From the IMG/VR virus record IMGVR_UViG_3300034152_000478, positions 64,001 to 128,000 of that record: 64,000 nucleotides of DNA; one strand, given 5' to 3'. The stretch's first letter is position 1; every line of letters starts with the position of its first letter. The notes below the pieces were generated by a model. It made no database searches, was not told the origin of the DNA, and worked only from the letters and a program-made list of their open reading frames with translations. The DNA is from a virus. Position numbers and translations under genes: made by a program. This document shows positions 1-10,736 of this stretch, piece by piece.

Positions 1-762
1 ATCGTAGAGAACGGTTCGCGTGGTCTGGTGAAATCTTTGGCAGATACGCAGCATCGTCAGAAGTTTACCATCGACGGCGAAGTCTCACTGTATGCAACAG
101 AGGAAGCTGAATTTGATGCTGCTGTTGACATTATCAAGAGAGAGCCCGTGGGGTTTGACTCGTTGCTGATGGTGAGTCGAACGCGCAAAAACCCGTTCAT
201 ACAAGTCATAGACACCAATATTGCTGGCACTGGCCCATGGACCGTAACTATTACAGCTTCTGGTTATGCTTTTGATAAGAATAACGTGGCTATTGACAAT
301 GCCATTCACAATGCTTCTGTCGACTGGACCGATGGAGATTATGAGTCTCTGCCGAATACGACAGCCAGCGGCGAAATCTTCAAGTTCACACACGTTTATA
401 CAGCCAGTGGGCTTTATAAGCCCGTAGTGTCTGTGCAAGACAAGTTCGGCCGCCATGGAGCCGATGATACGACAGTTAATCTGGCCTCCGGACTTAGTCT
501 TCCGTATATTAAGTTGTTGGCTACACCTCGGCTGGGCACAACACCACCACCGTTCTATGCGGACATCGGAGTAGTGCTTTCTGGCGTACAGAATCCTTAC
601 AATCTATTCTGGAACTACGGTAACGGAATTCGCTTCTATAATAACGCCACAAGCGGAACTGCCCAGTATGCTTTACCAGGTGATTATATTCCATATGTAA
701 GAATCAAGGACGCACGAAAAATCTTCGTAGTGGATACACTGCGGGTTGGTTTCAACCAATAG
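1..762 (+). CDS. Putative virion protein with PKD/Ig-like domains (5' partial)
   Basis: Frame is open from base 1. PKD-like strands (VDWTDGD...FTHVYTASGLYKPVVSVQD; FWNYGNG...YALPGDYIPYVRIKD). Ser-Gly rich. Confidence 0.55.
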   Translation: MVENGSRGLVKSLADTQHRQKFTIDGEVSLYATEEAEFDAAVDIIKREPVGFDSLLMVSRTRKNPFIQVIDTNIAGTGPWTVTITASGYAFDKNNVAIDNAIHNASVDWTDGDYESLPNTTASGEIFKFTHVYTASGLYKPVVSVQDKFGRHGADDTTVNLASGLSLPYIKLLATPRLGTTPPPFYADIGVVLSGVQNPYNLFWNYGNGIRFYNNATSGTAQYALPGDYIPYVRIKDARKIFVVDTLRVGFNQ

Positions 763-776
763 GCAAGGAGTAGCAG

Positions 777-3700
777 ATGAGCCATCCATATATTTATGTT
801 AGCGGCGTGGGTGAGCCACTGATTTTCAATGATAGCGCCAGGATAGATGCTGACTTGGGGCTTCCTGATAGCTTTGGTCAGGTTTGGATAGCGAGCATCA
901 ATGCCAGCTTTGGCTTTAATAGCACGCCACACACTGTGGAAATGGAGCTTGTTAGCAGAGAGCGCATTACTGTCACAGAAGACCTTATTGAGAATGATTG
1001 TTCTATACAGATTGGTGAGCTGTATTTCATGGGCAAAATAGCCCATATTGACAGCAGTGTGGGAACCAACGGCTTTGTAACTCGCATGCGCTGCGAAGAC
1101 AACAGGGTCAGGCTGCTTAATGAATACCTGGTACATACTGAACCTCTACTGGAGAGCAATATTGATAAATTACTCGTGGTACCACAGGTGCTGGGTACTG
1201 CGGGAACCCTTTACCAGATCAATTCTCCTTTGTATATGATGTCTCGATACGGGGCAACTTATGCTGAGTTGTACCAGGCAATCAACACACTTGGTATCGT
1301 TACGCTACCTCCTCCTGGAGCTATAGCCAACAAACTTGGAAACCAAAAGGCATACCGTTGGGCCTTTAATTTGACGCCGCTATTTGATGCTATATTGCAA
1401 GTATTCGATGACACTGGATATGATGTCTATTTCTACAACAATGAAATTAAACTGATTGATCGCAGTAAATCAATCGAGGTCGATAGCACCTTTTTCGATG
1501 GTCAACACAAAATAGATTACCGTAGCGGCTATGACAACACGATGCGGCCAGACTCCTACTTCATCCTTGGAGCCAGGAAAGAAGGTGGTGTAGGCACAGT
1601 CTCTGGCGTTGTACAATACCAAAATCTTGTGAGTCTTGGCGCAACCTCACTGTCTCCTGCTTGGAATGATATTACTGTTAGCTATCATGATTCAGAAGGT
1701 CGACTACAAACCTACTATCCTACAGATGATGAACTAAAGATGGCACTAAAAAGCATTGAGCACTGGGTATACTTCAAGCGACAGGAGCTGGAAGCAGCCG
1801 GTGACCGAGTGTCAGAAGGCTGGATGGAGTCGAGAATAGATCCTGACGCCTTTGGCCTCCAGGGTAGCTTGTTGGAGTCGGCAATTTCATTCGGTGGTGG
1901 TCGAGACGATGTGTATCGCGTAATCCACAATAGACGATCAGAGAAATTCAATTGGGTGTGTGCTTGGTACGAGGCAGTTGCGCGTCACGCCAGGACATAT
2001 TATGGTAAATTATACTCATGTAGACCAGGCGAAAACTTCTTGCGAAAATGTGAAGTGATTGATGATACCTGGGTGCATGATAATATCGACAATCAGGTGG
2101 TGCCAGATGCGTATTCTCCATTCTATAAAGATGGCAGAATGAGCGCTTTTGCAAAATTCAGCAATACACAAGTTAAAGGGTTTGGTCCGGATGGAACAGC
2201 AACGCCGCTTGCTTTTACTGAATGGAACGAAGATGATAATTTCATCTACATGCCCGTGACTGTTACAATACACTCTCCTACAAGCGAGAAGGATACTCTG
2301 TTCCCTGGTATTACAGAAACACGCATGTTTGTTTCTCTGCCAGAGATTATAGTGGCTGACATTGAACCACATCCTCTGCTGAATAATCTGGGCACAATGG
2401 GCTTTGTCAATCAGTATGATCTGAGCAATCTTGCTACCAGCGGTAGCATTGAGGATCGATTCCAGTTGTATCTATCCAGCAAAGATATGAATGATCCACG
2501 ATTAACCATGGTGCCACTGAGTGGTGTTGACAATTTCTTTATTCCGGTACGTTACAACATTCGCTATGGGGACGATGGTAGTGCTTTGGCTGGAAGCACC
2601 AGTGGTCTTTATGGGGCAGAAATCGATGAGAAATACGCTCCATGGACCAAAACGAATCCTGCCAACCCTGAATCAGACATGTTGGTAAAAGCTCAAAAGA
2701 TAGTAGGGGATGATACAGTAGATGATTTCATAGAGGCGACCATAGTGGGTCTGCCAGAAACCAACTTCTTTGCAAACTTCTCAGATGAGAATTATGCACC
2801 GATTCATCCTTTTACCTCTATCAATGTAACAATCGGCTCAAATGGACTAACAACTCGCTATTCAGCTAAGTCTCAGATCGTTGAATTGGTAAGAGCAAAT
2901 GCTATTGAGTACAGCCGCTTCCAGTCTCGACTTAGCAGAATCCAGCATTGGGCCAACTTTTCTAAGCTTTCTTCTGACTTCAATCTGAATATTGATCTCA
3001 GCCGTGGTGGTATTTTATATGTGAGTCGTCCACCTGCTGGGAAAACGATCACTTCTACAATCGAATCTCGAAAGCCGGAAGAAGAAGTGGTCGAAGTTGA
3101 ACAGAGAAACTTTATCAAAACTGTAGAGATTATAGACGTAAAGCAGGCATCTGTAGCTGATCCTAATGGTGGCACCTCCAATATCACCATGGAGTTTTAC
3201 GCCGGAAAGGATGATAAGGGCTCTTACTGGCCAGCAAATTGGCAGGAAGTAGAGGACACACAATCTGCAGACCCAGGAGAAGAGGAAGAGGATAAGAGAA
3301 ATATTAGGGTTGTATTGGCTGGATTTGGAGTAAGTAAGACGCGAACCAAAATGCGTAAGCGAGGCTTTGCTCCATGCGTGGATGGCTACCTAAGAAAAGG
3401 TATGACTGCCCAATATCACCATGAAGATATCGAGGGTACTATCTACACCTATTTTACAGGCGGGATTGACCTCGCAGATACCAAATATGTGCGCATGATT
3501 ACTGAGGTGCAGAAAGACGAAACCAGTGGGCGCTGGTATGCGGATCTGGAAACTGTATCGCAGGTGCCAAATGTAGATCCTTTCAGGTTCAAGAAGGTGC
3601 CATTTCTCAATAACGATACTGTGGCTGGTCAAAGTTATGCAACTGGTGACAAGGTTGTCGTAGTGTGCAGTAAAGAATTCAAGGGTGGTTCAGCGAACGC

Positions 3701-4115
3701 CACAGCGGACAGTGCGAATGTGGCCAATGAAAATCAGGTATTTCCAACATGGGAAAAAGGCATTGTAAGACCAGAAGGTGATTTCCTGGATTCTGATGGC
3801 CAGCCTAACAATCTCATGTTTATAGATAATCCAAACATGATAGCGGCACTTGCAGTATATGTCGTAGAGCCACCTGATCCAATTACTGGTGTAGGAGGTA
3901 TTGTCGCCGTGGTGAACAATCCATCTAATCAATTCGGAAAGCTGCAAGGTAATGATTCCGAAGAGGGTGAAGACTTAACATTTGTTGGTGTGTCACCCGA
4001 TGTTATTCTTGAGGGTGATTATGGCATCCTCACAAAAGGTCTGAGTAATGAGTGGATTGTGATTATGCAGAAGCCTCTATTCAGCCCATATAATGAATTC
4101 AATCCGAGTGCATAA
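777..4115 (+). CDS. Large putative tail/baseplate structural protein (1112 aa)
   Basis: Long beta-rich acidic ORF with AGGAG RBS in the + strand module. N-terminus resembles tail hub proteins. Function inferred from context. Confidence 0.45.
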   Translation: MSHPYIYVSGVGEPLIFNDSARIDADLGLPDSFGQVWIASINASFGFNSTPHTVEMELVSRERITVTEDLIENDCSIQIGELYFMGKIAHIDSSVGTNGFVTRMRCEDNRVRLLNEYLVHTEPLLESNIDKLLVVPQVLGTAGTLYQINSPLYMMSRYGATYAELYQAINTLGIVTLPPPGAIANKLGNQKAYRWAFNLTPLFDAILQVFDDTGYDVYFYNNEIKLIDRSKSIEVDSTFFDGQHKIDYRSGYDNTMRPDSYFILGARKEGGVGTVSGVVQYQNLVSLGATSLSPAWNDITVSYHDSEGRLQTYYPTDDELKMALKSIEHWVYFKRQELEAAGDRVSEGWMESRIDPDAFGLQGSLLESAISFGGGRDDVYRVIHNRRSEKFNWVCAWYEAVARHARTYYGKLYSCRPGENFLRKCEVIDDTWVHDNIDNQVVPDAYSPFYKDGRMSAFAKFSNTQVKGFGPDGTATPLAFTEWNEDDNFIYMPVTVTIHSPTSEKDTLFPGITETRMFVSLPEIIVADIEPHPLLNNLGTMGFVNQYDLSNLATSGSIEDRFQLYLSSKDMNDPRLTMVPLSGVDNFFIPVRYNIRYGDDGSALAGSTSGLYGAEIDEKYAPWTKTNPANPESDMLVKAQKIVGDDTVDDFIEATIVGLPETNFFANFSDENYAPIHPFTSINVTIGSNGLTTRYSAKSQIVELVRANAIEYSRFQSRLSRIQHWANFSKLSSDFNLNIDLSRGGILYVSRPPAGKTITSTIESRKPEEEVVEVEQRNFIKTVEIIDVKQASVADPNGGTSNITMEFYAGKDDKGSYWPANWQEVEDTQSADPGEEEEDKRNIRVVLAGFGVSKTRTKMRKRGFAPCVDGYLRKGMTAQYHHEDIEGTIYTYFTGGIDLADTKYVRMITEVQKDETSGRWYADLETVSQVPNVDPFRFKKVPFLNNDTVAGQSYATGDKVVVVCSKEFKGGSANATADSANVANENQVFPTWEKGIVRPEGDFLDSDGQPNNLMFIDNPNMIAALAVYVVEPPDPITGVGGIVAVVNNPSNQFGKLQGNDSEEGEDLTFVGVSPDVILEGDYGILTKGLSNEWIVIMQKPLFSPYNEFNPSA

Positions 4116-4117
4116 TA

Positions 4118-6010
4118 ATGGCTAACGAAGAAAAACTCATAGAAGAATTAGAGGCAGCCCGACGCGCTGCTGGTGGAGGCCAAACAGAGCGTTTGAAATT
4201 GCGCTATGCCTATGGTCAGCCTGACCCATTTGTTCTTCCTTTGAATAACTTCGGTGATAAACACTTTGTGGTGCCATTTGATGGCCGCTATATCGAAGAG
4301 GTTATGTTCTACATCAACCTATACAGGCAAAATATGCTTGGTTGGTTGCCGCGATCTTTCAATCTTTATGATGCACATGGTAATCCTACAGAACAACATA
4401 TTCCCAAGGCTTCCTACATCACAAACTCCAGGTTGAATAACGTTGGCTCAATTGTCAATTTTGTACAATATGTAGAAGACCTCAAGGAAGCTGTCGAAGA
4501 AATCATTGTTGAGCCAGATACACTGGCGGCACATTTTGGTCGTTGCTTCAATAGACCACACTTTGATGATCCATATGTATTCATAAGTGAGGGATTACAT
4601 GAACGACGCCCAGTCGAAGTAGAAGCACGACTGACACACCGTGGTGAAGTGTTGCCGTTCTACAATTTCCCTGATACGATCAGCGAAGAGACACTGTATA
4701 ATGCGTTTAACAAGTTCCAATATTACACGCCTTCGCCAAGTCATCCGGCGCGGCAGATTTTGATTGATGCCTTCAAGACAGCCAGCAGACAGTTGCCAAC
4801 TATTCCGATGTTCCAACGTATGGAGAATGGCGAGTGGCCCATAACACGTAATGAATTACTCACAATGCTCGGCCTGGCCATCTACGGCAAACATCCTGAT
4901 CCCATCTATCGACCAGCAGAGCGTGAAGGATACACCAGCGAAACAAATAGATACACTATATCTGATCATAAGCGAATATTCTTGGCGGCCATCTCATTCG
5001 TGATGCAAGCGTTGCGCTTCCAGCCGCCTTTGATAGAAAGATTTCGCCCAGGCCATCCTCAAGTTGATACAAAATGGTGGACAAGTCGCTGGTATTGGAG
5101 AGTTGGTGAAATAGCATACGAGAAAGAAGACTGGTTTATCGAAGAGTTCCCACGCCAGGGCGTCAACAAGATGTGGCGCTTTGAAAATGGCTATTATCAT
5201 ATGATCGGACATGGCTCTGCGCCGGGACAAGGTTTCACCATTGACATGCCATTAGATCGATATGGTAAATCAACTCGCCAGAGAAATTATGATGATGGCT
5301 TAATCGGGCTGGGGCCTGGGCTACTTGGTATCGTGCTGGAGGAAGCTCGCGGAGTAGTGTCACACTTTGAAGAAACACTGCTGACATGGTTTGCTGGCAC
5401 TGCTTTTACTGACATCTATGGCCCGAATGCTCACCGGGAAAGCCAACCGGACAAAAACCACTACTTTTTCCATAAGTACAGTAATATGTTAATAGGTGGT
5501 TCTGCCGGTGTCTATCCTGGCGCTGGAGCCTCAGAAGGGCAAGGTGTTAGCGTGGTAATCCGCATCGATGATGGCAATAATGAGCCGTTCAGTATTTATG
5601 CTTATCATAATGCAGATAGTCAGCCGGGGATTATTTCGCTGCAAGGACTACCAGTTAATATCAATCTATACAATGAATTCCGTGCTCTTGGCCCGCAATA
5701 CGTCAATGCAGCAGACAATTGGCTGAAGATGGTCGGCATTAGGTTGGCAGCACATAGAAACAAAACTGTGACTACACCAATAACAAGTGCCTGGTGTGGT
5801 GGTTTTTACAAAGACTGTGGGCGTTTTTGCGAGAAGCTGCCCGCATCATGTTGCGATGTATATACGCCGTTTCATCATCCTTGTGGGCCAGCATATGATT
5901 TTTGGCGAAGTGGTGGCGGAATTTGGAGACCAGCGCCATCGGTCAATATACCGTACATCGCTATTATCGATGAGAAAATACACAAACCGGAAGACTTCTT
6001 AGACGATTAG
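4118..6010 (+). CDS. Hypothetical protein, probably virion-associated (630 aa), Cys-rich C-terminus
   Basis: Tightly coupled to the upstream ORF (TAATAATG). No recognisable catalytic motif. Confidence 0.5.
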   Translation: MANEEKLIEELEAARRAAGGGQTERLKLRYAYGQPDPFVLPLNNFGDKHFVVPFDGRYIEEVMFYINLYRQNMLGWLPRSFNLYDAHGNPTEQHIPKASYITNSRLNNVGSIVNFVQYVEDLKEAVEEIIVEPDTLAAHFGRCFNRPHFDDPYVFISEGLHERRPVEVEARLTHRGEVLPFYNFPDTISEETLYNAFNKFQYYTPSPSHPARQILIDAFKTASRQLPTIPMFQRMENGEWPITRNELLTMLGLAIYGKHPDPIYRPAEREGYTSETNRYTISDHKRIFLAAISFVMQALRFQPPLIERFRPGHPQVDTKWWTSRWYWRVGEIAYEKEDWFIEEFPRQGVNKMWRFENGYYHMIGHGSAPGQGFTIDMPLDRYGKSTRQRNYDDGLIGLGPGLLGIVLEEARGVVSHFEETLLTWFAGTAFTDIYGPNAHRESQPDKNHYFFHKYSNMLIGGSAGVYPGAGASEGQGVSVVIRIDDGNNEPFSIYAYHNADSQPGIISLQGLPVNINLYNEFRALGPQYVNAADNWLKMVGIRLAAHRNKTVTTPITSAWCGGFYKDCGRFCEKLPASCCDVYTPFHHPCGPAYDFWRSGGGIWRPAPSVNIPYIAIIDEKIHKPEDFLDD

Positions 6011-6035
6011 ACGTATCTATAAGTAGGAGGATATC

Positions 6036-6674
6036 ATGGCTGTAAGTGGTATTGTGACATTCCATGCTTGCCACAATAGTGGCATCATGATAAGCCAGCT
6101 TGGCTCAGGAACCTACGATCATATGGGTTTCTTTGGGGCTAATGGTGCTTCTGATGCCATTATCGTAGGTAGTTATAACGACACCACTCTGGTGGTAGAT
6201 GCTTCAGGAAATCCACGCACTCCTGTGGCTAACAGTGTCTTGGTCAACAACAAGTATATCCACAGTAGCGGTGTTTCTATATCAGGCTCACCGACTCTGA
6301 TTATCAACAATATCCAAGATGAAGTGCACCTGTCTTCTGGCACGCTTCTGATTTGGTTCCGAACGACTAACAGCGCAAAGGTTAATACCTACAATGCCAA
6401 ACTGTTTGTCTATGATAATACAGCCGATATATATACAGCACCTACAGATGTTGAAGTGGAAGGATATGAGATCAATGCTTCTGGAGTAGGTGTTGGTGGT
6501 TGGTACTCAATGAATGGGTTTGCGGCGGGTGTTAATTTTGTAGATCACGCCCCATCAACAAATTATGCTTTCAATGACACAGAACATAGATGGTATGCTG
6601 GAATTTCACTCAAGCCAATCAGCGTTGGTTTCCTCGATGATTTTGACTTTGTATTCCGATTCCAGTTTGCATAA
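6036..6674 (+). CDS. Putative virion structural protein (212 aa), Ser-Gly rich
   Basis: AGGAGG RBS, all-beta composition, 8 SG dipeptides. Confidence 0.55.
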   Translation: MAVSGIVTFHACHNSGIMISQLGSGTYDHMGFFGANGASDAIIVGSYNDTTLVVDASGNPRTPVANSVLVNNKYIHSSGVSISGSPTLIINNIQDEVHLSSGTLLIWFRTTNSAKVNTYNAKLFVYDNTADIYTAPTDVEVEGYEINASGVGVGGWYSMNGFAAGVNFVDHAPSTNYAFNDTEHRWYAGISLKPISVGFLDDFDFVFRFQFA

Positions 6675-6716
6675 TCCGTATATTACTAATAGACATTCCT
6701 CCTAACTCAACGTAGT

Positions 6717-6917
6717 TCAGGTTCTCCTCTCTCGCCCTCGGACGTTTCCGGGGGCTTTTTTATTGCGTAGATCCTCGCACTCACCTTTCCAGTACTGTGC
6801 TTCTCGATACAGCCTACATTGTGAGAGTTTGTACTTTAAAAACCAAGCAACACCGTAGCCACCCGTCAGTAGGCCAATGATAACGCCAAATAGAAACTCA
6901 AGCATTCTCTTAAACAT
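6717..6917 (-). CDS. Small membrane protein
   Basis: One N-terminal hydrophobic helix; coupled to the upstream ORF. Confidence 0.5.
   Translation of the reverse strand: MFKRMLEFLFGVIIGLLTGGYGVAWFLKYKLSQCRLYREAQYWKGECEDLRNKKAPGNVRGRERRT
6734..6761 (+). terminator. Rho-independent terminator ending the + strand module
   Basis: GCCCTCGGA-CGTT-TCCGGGGGC hairpin followed by T6 at the convergence point. Confidence 0.75.
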
Positions 6918-7122
6918 CTCCTGCCTCCTCCAATTCTTGTCTAATGGCAGCCAATTCGTTAGCTACTTCGCACAACTTACGCCGTAGCTTGCTACGCTGT
7001 TTGCGTTCTTCATCGTTTTTGGGTTGTGGGAAATTGTTCACTTGCAGTTGTAGCGATCGAGCATAGTTCTCCATGCGCATTTTCTTAGTACGCAGCCGTT
7101 TAAGCTGAGCTAAATCCATCAT
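6910..7122 (-). CDS. Hypothetical coiled-coil protein
   Basis: ATGA overlap with the upstream gene; helical composition. Confidence 0.55.
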   Translation of the reverse strand: MMDLAQLKRLRTKKMRMENYARSLQLQVNNFPQPKNDEERKQRSKLRRKLCEVANELAAIRQELEEAGDV

Positions 7123-8072
7123 TCCTCCAAGAGTTTTTCAAAATACTGACGCGTAGCAATCAGGCCGCCAGCTAATCCTACCTTAGGCTCCCATTTCAGA
7201 ATCTTTTTCGCTCGTGTTACATCTGGCATTCTTTGTTGTGGATCATGCTTGTCGCGTCCTTTGTGTTCAATCTTGATTGGCTTATCTACGGAGAACATGT
7301 TTTGGATAATCTTAGCAAAATCAGTGATTGTTTCTCCATGAGTAGAACCGAGATTTGTAGGACCAGGATAGCGCGAAGCCATAGCCAGCTTAAGGCCAAT
7401 TACCATGTCATTGACGTAACAGAAGCATCGCATTTGCCCCCCACCAAATATTGGTAGAGACCTGCCCTGGATTGCTCTCACAAGAAACTCTGACACCACA
7501 CGACCATCATCGACCCGCATGCCTGGGCCATATGTGTTGAATATTCTAACGATTGTAGTTTTGATATCATACAGAAGACGAGCATTTTCTACGATGGTTT
7601 CTGCTGTTCGTTTAGACTCATCATAGCATGCACGATCCGAAAGTACGTTCACATTGCCGCAGTATTCTTCCTTCTGTGGAATTTGTTCTGGGTCGCCATA
7701 TACTTCCGAAGTGGAAGTCAATAGCAGCTTGGCACCATGAACTCTTGCCAGCTCACACATGGCCATTGTGCCCATTACATTAGTGGTGATTGTTTCCATG
7801 GGATATTGCTTGTACCATACCGGACTTGCTATAGAAGCCAGATAATAGATTTCATGAAAGACAGTGTTGTTTGTGCGTGTCGCTATGGCTTTAGGCGTGA
7901 TTAACTCTACGCTTCCCTGTAGGAAATTAACTCTGGGATCATCTCGAATCATAATGGGCGATGGACAGCGCATATTATCCAGACACCAAACTTTGTGACC
8001 ATCATCGGCCAAGCTTTTACAAAGATTGACGCCGATAAACCCTTGACCACCAGTAACAAGTATATTTTTCAT
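7119..8072 (-). CDS. UDP-glucuronate decarboxylase (UDP-xylose synthase family SDR)
   Basis: TGGQGFIG NAD motif, LASIASP, STSEVYGDP, RACYDESKR (YxxxK), RIFNTYGPGM..DDGRVVS, DPQQRMPD. Start set at MKNILV (ATGA overlap). Confidence 0.88.
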   Translation of the reverse strand: MKNILVTGGQGFIGVNLCKSLADDGHKVWCLDNMRCPSPIMIRDDPRVNFLQGSVELITPKAIATRTNNTVFHEIYYLASIASPVWYKQYPMETITTNVMGTMAMCELARVHGAKLLLTSTSEVYGDPEQIPQKEEYCGNVNVLSDRACYDESKRTAETIVENARLLYDIKTTIVRIFNTYGPGMRVDDGRVVSEFLVRAIQGRSLPIFGGGQMRCFCYVNDMVIGLKLAMASRYPGPTNLGSTHGETITDFAKIIQNMFSVDKPIKIEHKGRDKHDPQQRMPDVTRAKKILKWEPKVGLAGGLIATRQYFEKLLEE

Positions 8073-8530
8073 TCGTCTTTCTCCCATGGCCAAACTACCC
8101 AATCAGTTGTACCATAGACGTAATAATCTGGCTCCCAATACCAAGGCTTCCAAATCAAGGTTGCGAAGATGAAATGACGCGGTCCTCCAGCATTCATATG
8201 GAAATCGAGCAACTCTTTCGTTTTGCCTGTGTCTATGATATCGTCAACCATCAGGATCTCATGTGGTAGCACTTCGATTTCAGTCGGATTGTAAGGGTCG
8301 ACCACAATCAGAGGCACCTCAAACTCATAGCTCAACATGGTGGCTGGTATAAGCCCTCCTCTGTTGACTCCAGCTATTACCTCGAAATGGGACTTGCCCG
8401 ATCGGATTTTTTCAGCCAGAGCCTGCACCATATGATCTACATTATCCCATGTTATTACCCGCTTGGTATTCGATGGGCTCCGGAATCGAGACTGAGACTT
8501 GTGTGTATGGAAATCAGACACTTTAGCCAC
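8069..8530 (-). CDS. Purine phosphoribosyltransferase-like protein
   Basis: GVNRGGLIPA, PRPP loop ILMVDDIIDTGKT, C-terminal WVVWPWE. Confidence 0.85.
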   Translation of the reverse strand: MAKVSDFHTHKSQSRFRSPSNTKRVITWDNVDHMVQALAEKIRSGKSHFEVIAGVNRGGLIPATMLSYEFEVPLIVVDPYNPTEIEVLPHEILMVDDIIDTGKTKELLDFHMNAGGPRHFIFATLIWKPWYWEPDYYVYGTTDWVVWPWEKDE

Positions 8531-9356
8531 GTTTTACCAAAATCGCCTGAGAGGCGCTCAGCGGCCTTCTCCTGCGATCTGCCGTGTACTTGACTCCTAC
8601 GTCATGTTTGTCCCAGCCGTCCCAAGAGGAGGCCATAGCGGCGCTCAGAGAGACGATTACAGTTGCTCCGAAGGCGTGCATGGCATTACACCATTTTTGG
8701 AGCATTTTTGCGTCGTCCATGTCGAATTCTGTTGAGTATTCAGCGTGTGTATCGCAGTAGGGTGGATCAACGTATATTACATGTCCAGTGAGATCGCCGA
8801 TGTCTATTAACTTCTTGAAATATTCCTGGTAGTCGCAACTCCAGATTTCCGTATTATCCAAGATACTTCCGGCTGCCATAAGGTGGTTCTTGTTGTACAG
8901 ATTCTTGAGAGGCTTCCCATAGGGCACATTGTAACGATAGGCTGCGCCAGAACGGCTTTCCACCAGCTTGAAACGCATCATGGAATTATAGGACAATTTA
9001 TTCATATAATAGAACTTGGCTACTAAGGCAGGACTAAGCTCCCAGGTGTCTGTTGGAAATATAGCTTCACTACGAATGCGGAGATAGTCCTCTTTTGCCT
9101 GTTGGGTGCTTAGCGTATCTAACAAATTGATCACAGCACAGAGATGTTTTGGAAGCTGGGAGTAGAAGGCCATCAAAAGTCTGAATTGGTCATTGATGGT
9201 CGCGTGTTTGGGCATTAAATCAAAGAATACTGCACCGCCGCCAAAAAACGGCTCATGGTACCATTCAAAGTCTTTGGGTATATGTGGTCGAATGTGTTTG
9301 AGTTGGCGCTGCTTTCCGCCAAGCCATCTAAGTATCGGTTTCATTGTCATCTCCAT
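8523..9356 (-). CDS. dam: DNA adenine methyltransferase (D12/Dam class)
   Basis: LRWLGGK, EPFFGGGAV, YNVPYG, YVDPPY. Confidence 0.9.
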   Translation of the reverse strand: MEMTMKPILRWLGGKQRQLKHIRPHIPKDFEWYHEPFFGGGAVFFDLMPKHATINDQFRLLMAFYSQLPKHLCAVINLLDTLSTQQAKEDYLRIRSEAIFPTDTWELSPALVAKFYYMNKLSYNSMMRFKLVESRSGAAYRYNVPYGKPLKNLYNKNHLMAAGSILDNTEIWSCDYQEYFKKLIDIGDLTGHVIYVDPPYCDTHAEYSTEFDMDDAKMLQKWCNAMHAFGATVIVSLSAAMASSWDGWDKHDVGVKYTADRRRRPLSASQAILVKRG

Positions 9357-9531
9357 TAAGGTCTACACCCATTGCTCGTAAAACTATACGAATATCCTCC
9401 CAGGCTTTTCTCCAGTCATCTGGATTATCTGAGTATGTTACTATGTCCATATTAAGACAGGCTTCGATCAATTCATCTACGTGCTGCATTTTTTTACAGA
9501 CCCGCTTGAAGTCGTCATTTATTGGGTCCAT
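9328..9531 (-). CDS. Hypothetical protein
   Basis: Fills the gap between flanking genes, overlapping both. Confidence 0.5.
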   Translation of the reverse strand: MDPINDDFKRVCKKMQHVDELIEACLNMDIVTYSDNPDDWRKAWEDIRIVLRAMGVDLNGDDNETDT

Positions 9532-10520
9532 ATTGCATTCTCCACATAATCAAGCAGTTTGCGCATACGTGCCTCATATGTGTGATGTTTTCGTAGTGAT
9601 CTTACTTTCTGTGTCACATGCCACAGTGCTCCTGCATTATGGTTGAAATGGTTTAGTAATGCATCAAAGTTATAATTGTCGTAATAAATAATATTTTGTC
9701 CACCCTCAAACATTGCAAGCTGTTCAGGAGTCTCATGCAGATCGGCTGGTCGATGGGTCATGCATGGAATACCAGCCCCCATTGCCTCGAAAATTCTCTG
9801 CTGAAATGCATAAGAACCGAGACGCTCCGGGGGTCCCAACTCTTTGTGATATAGTCCCAAGTTTAAGACAAGATGGTGCTTCTGATATATCTCGTTCACC
9901 AGCTTCGCACCGAAAATTGTATGTACACTCAGTTGATCGCCGAGAATCTTCTTGGCCCTATCAATCATGTGAATGCGATTACACCATTTACCTCCAACCG
10001 ACCCAACAAAACATGCGAGCTTTTTCTCGATTTTAGTTTCTGGGAATTTTAGAATTGGAGAGTACCATTTCGGATTGAACGCCTGCGGTAGAAAGATACA
10101 CTTCTTAGCTCCGTTGTCAAGGTATAAGGGGATTTCACCCTCGTCAAATGTAGCCCACAGATCGAAATGCTCAGCTTGAGATTTGAATCGCTGCATGTAG
10201 CTGCCAAGCCTGATCGGCTCACTATTCCAACACACCGTGAAGCTTCGCTTGAGTCCCTCGCCTACCAGGCGATGATCGAACGCTTTCGGCGGTAAACCTG
10301 GACCTACTACCAGCACGATCTTATGCCGCACCACAGAGAGTATATCACCCACATCTTTCCAGGTGAAGTTATTCTTTTGAGGATGGCGATTACTCATTCG
10401 AATGTAGGGAGGATCGAGAATGTCTACCTGATGCCCCAGAGTCTCTAAGGCATCCACTATGCCGCATTCAGCAGCATGGCCAGCATTATTGAAGTATTTG
10501 CCTATTACGCATATGTTCAT
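9519..10520 (-). CDS. GT-B glycosyltransferase (CgeB/Glyco_trans_1_2-like)
   Basis: FLPQAFNP, ACFVGS, QRIFEAMGAG, HHTYEARM. Confidence 0.8.
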   Translation of the reverse strand: MNICVIGKYFNNAGHAAECGIVDALETLGHQVDILDPPYIRMSNRHPQKNNFTWKDVGDILSVVRHKIVLVVGPGLPPKAFDHRLVGEGLKRSFTVCWNSEPIRLGSYMQRFKSQAEHFDLWATFDEGEIPLYLDNGAKKCIFLPQAFNPKWYSPILKFPETKIEKKLACFVGSVGGKWCNRIHMIDRAKKILGDQLSVHTIFGAKLVNEIYQKHHLVLNLGLYHKELGPPERLGSYAFQQRIFEAMGAGIPCMTHRPADLHETPEQLAMFEGGQNIIYYDNYNFDALLNHFNHNAGALWHVTQKVRSLRKHHTYEARMRKLLDYVENAIWTQ

Positions 10521-10544
10521 TTATAGCAACCTTACTGTAGTTTA

Positions 10545-10736
10545 CTATGATTTATCGCCGAAAAACTCATCCAAAAGCTCCTCCAACATACAGACTCGTC
10601 CCAAAGCAGACATCTTCAAGTTGCGGTAGAGCACTGCTTCCATGTTGGTTTCTGCGTCTTCTTGCGCTTCTTCCAATCTCGCGTATTCAGACTTGTAGTC
10701 TTTCAGCAGCTCTCGTAGTCGTTTCTTGGTTATCAT
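10545..10736 (-). CDS. Hypothetical protein
   Basis: TAATG coupling; helical. Confidence 0.5.
   Translation of the reverse strand: MITKKRLRELLKDYKSEYARLEEAQEDAETNMEAVLYRNLKMSALGRVCMLEELLDEFFGDKS

Noticed and set aside
6009-6692. Late promoter motif (CGTAT...TAG) flanking the 212-aa gene
   Set aside because: Only two loose instances with different spacing; not enough support.
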